DNA from: Octopus sinensis
Lineage: Eukaryota
DNA: 8,219 nt
Assembly (NCBI RefSeq): GCF_006345805.1
Contig: NW_021828500.1
Span: forward strand, 1 to 8,219
Direction of reading: 5' to 3'
Below are positions 7,700-8,219 of the stretch, one piece after another (positions within the stretch are counted from its first letter, which is position 1; the number at the start of each line of letters is the position of its first letter). Below the pieces are notes generated by a model. It was given only the letters and a program-made list of their open reading frames with translations, had not been told where the DNA came from and did no database searches. The translations under genes and the position numbers were made by a program.

Positions 7700-7805
7700 T
7701 ATTAATCAATTGCATAATAACGTTAAATTATAACACCATATAATGCAGTTAGGCTAGTTGTGTGACCACCCATTTTGGCAAAAAGATTTGCATACATATT
7801 ACATC

Positions 7806-8025
7806 GTCTTAAACAAATTTTGCCGGTAAAGTTAAAACGTTTATATTAATTTAGCATTAGAATTCTTCAAGTTGTGTAAAAATAGTTATTGTCTGCATCA
7901 TTCGAAAGAGAAATAAATTCTGTATAAGGTGTAAAAGATAAAAATAATTTATATGGTGTTAGTAACAAAATATTTTCTAAGAAATAGAACTTTTATCATC
8001 GATTTAAAATTATTTTTTGCCAGTG
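7806..8025 (-). repeat. Right terminal inverted repeat (220 bp, IR/DR type)
   Basis: Reverse complement of 6387-6606 (about 90%). Confidence 0.95.
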
Positions 8026-8112
8026 TATATATGTATATATTGAGTATATGTATGTTATGTATTATGTATGTATGTATGTATTATGTATGTATTTATGTAT
8101 GTATGTATGTAT
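8026..8112. repeat. Degenerate (TATG)n microsatellite
   Basis: Direct reading. Confidence 0.9.
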
Positions 8113-8219
8113 AAGCAATGCGGTGTAAAATTCGCTTCGTTACCGCATTGTTCAGTTCTACTACTGCGTGAAACATTGAGCAAATATCTTCTACTTGGAG
8201 TGAGTTTGGTAAACGGATC
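8113..8219 (+). mobile_element. Probable degenerate tRNA-derived SINE 5' portion, truncated by the window end
   Basis: ...CTACTGCGTGAAACATTGAGCAAATATCTTCTACT...GAGTGAGTTTGGTAAACGGA resembles the post-tRNA block of Octopus-type SINE heads (TTGAGCAA as in SINE-A and SINE-C). The A and B boxes are eroded. Confidence 0.45.

Larger units (their letters stand above)
6387..8025 (-). mobile_element. Full-length Tc1-family (DD34E) DNA transposon, 1639 bp
   Basis: TA|CACTG...CAGTG|TA ends (TA at 6385-6386 and 8026-8027), 220-bp TIRs and an internal transposase gene on the minus strand. Confidence 0.95.

Noticed and set aside
7776-7795. TGGCAAAAAGATTTGCATAC, resembling a third, reversed transposase-binding DR just inside the right TIR
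   Set aside because: Only about 9 bp match the DR motif and there is no counterpart at the left end; insufficient without a family consensus.
8116-8150. Perfect 9-bp hairpin CAATGCGGT/ACCGCATTG
   Set aside because: It lies in the eroded tRNA-derived head of a probable SINE, so it is best explained as residual tRNA-like structure.
1-8219. CRISPR array or prokaryotic defence system
   Set aside because: No regularly spaced repeat-spacer units or cas-like ORFs; the sequence is eukaryotic repeat DNA.

Overview
AT-rich, microsatellite-dense eukaryotic (animal) non-genic DNA made almost entirely of transposable elements. The repeat style suggests a cephalopod (Octopus-like); this is inference, not a database result. 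No host protein-coding gene is supported, and most ORF-track entries are microsatellite read-throughs. Main content: (1) a full-length 1639-bp Tc1-family DNA transposon (6387-8025) with TA target-site duplication, 220-bp IR/DR-type terminal inverted repeats and a frameshifted DD34E transposase; (2) a decayed Penelope-like element (PLE) remnant (about 3463-4510, minus) with GIY-YIG-type motifs spread over three frames; (3) a hammerhead ribozyme candidate with an intact catalytic core and palindromic stem III (4958-5021, minus), plus a decayed one (580-609, minus) and a probable half one at the left edge (1-60, plus); (4) several tRNA-derived SINEs showing head/tail module swapping; (5) a local 88-bp direct plus 70-bp inverted duplication.
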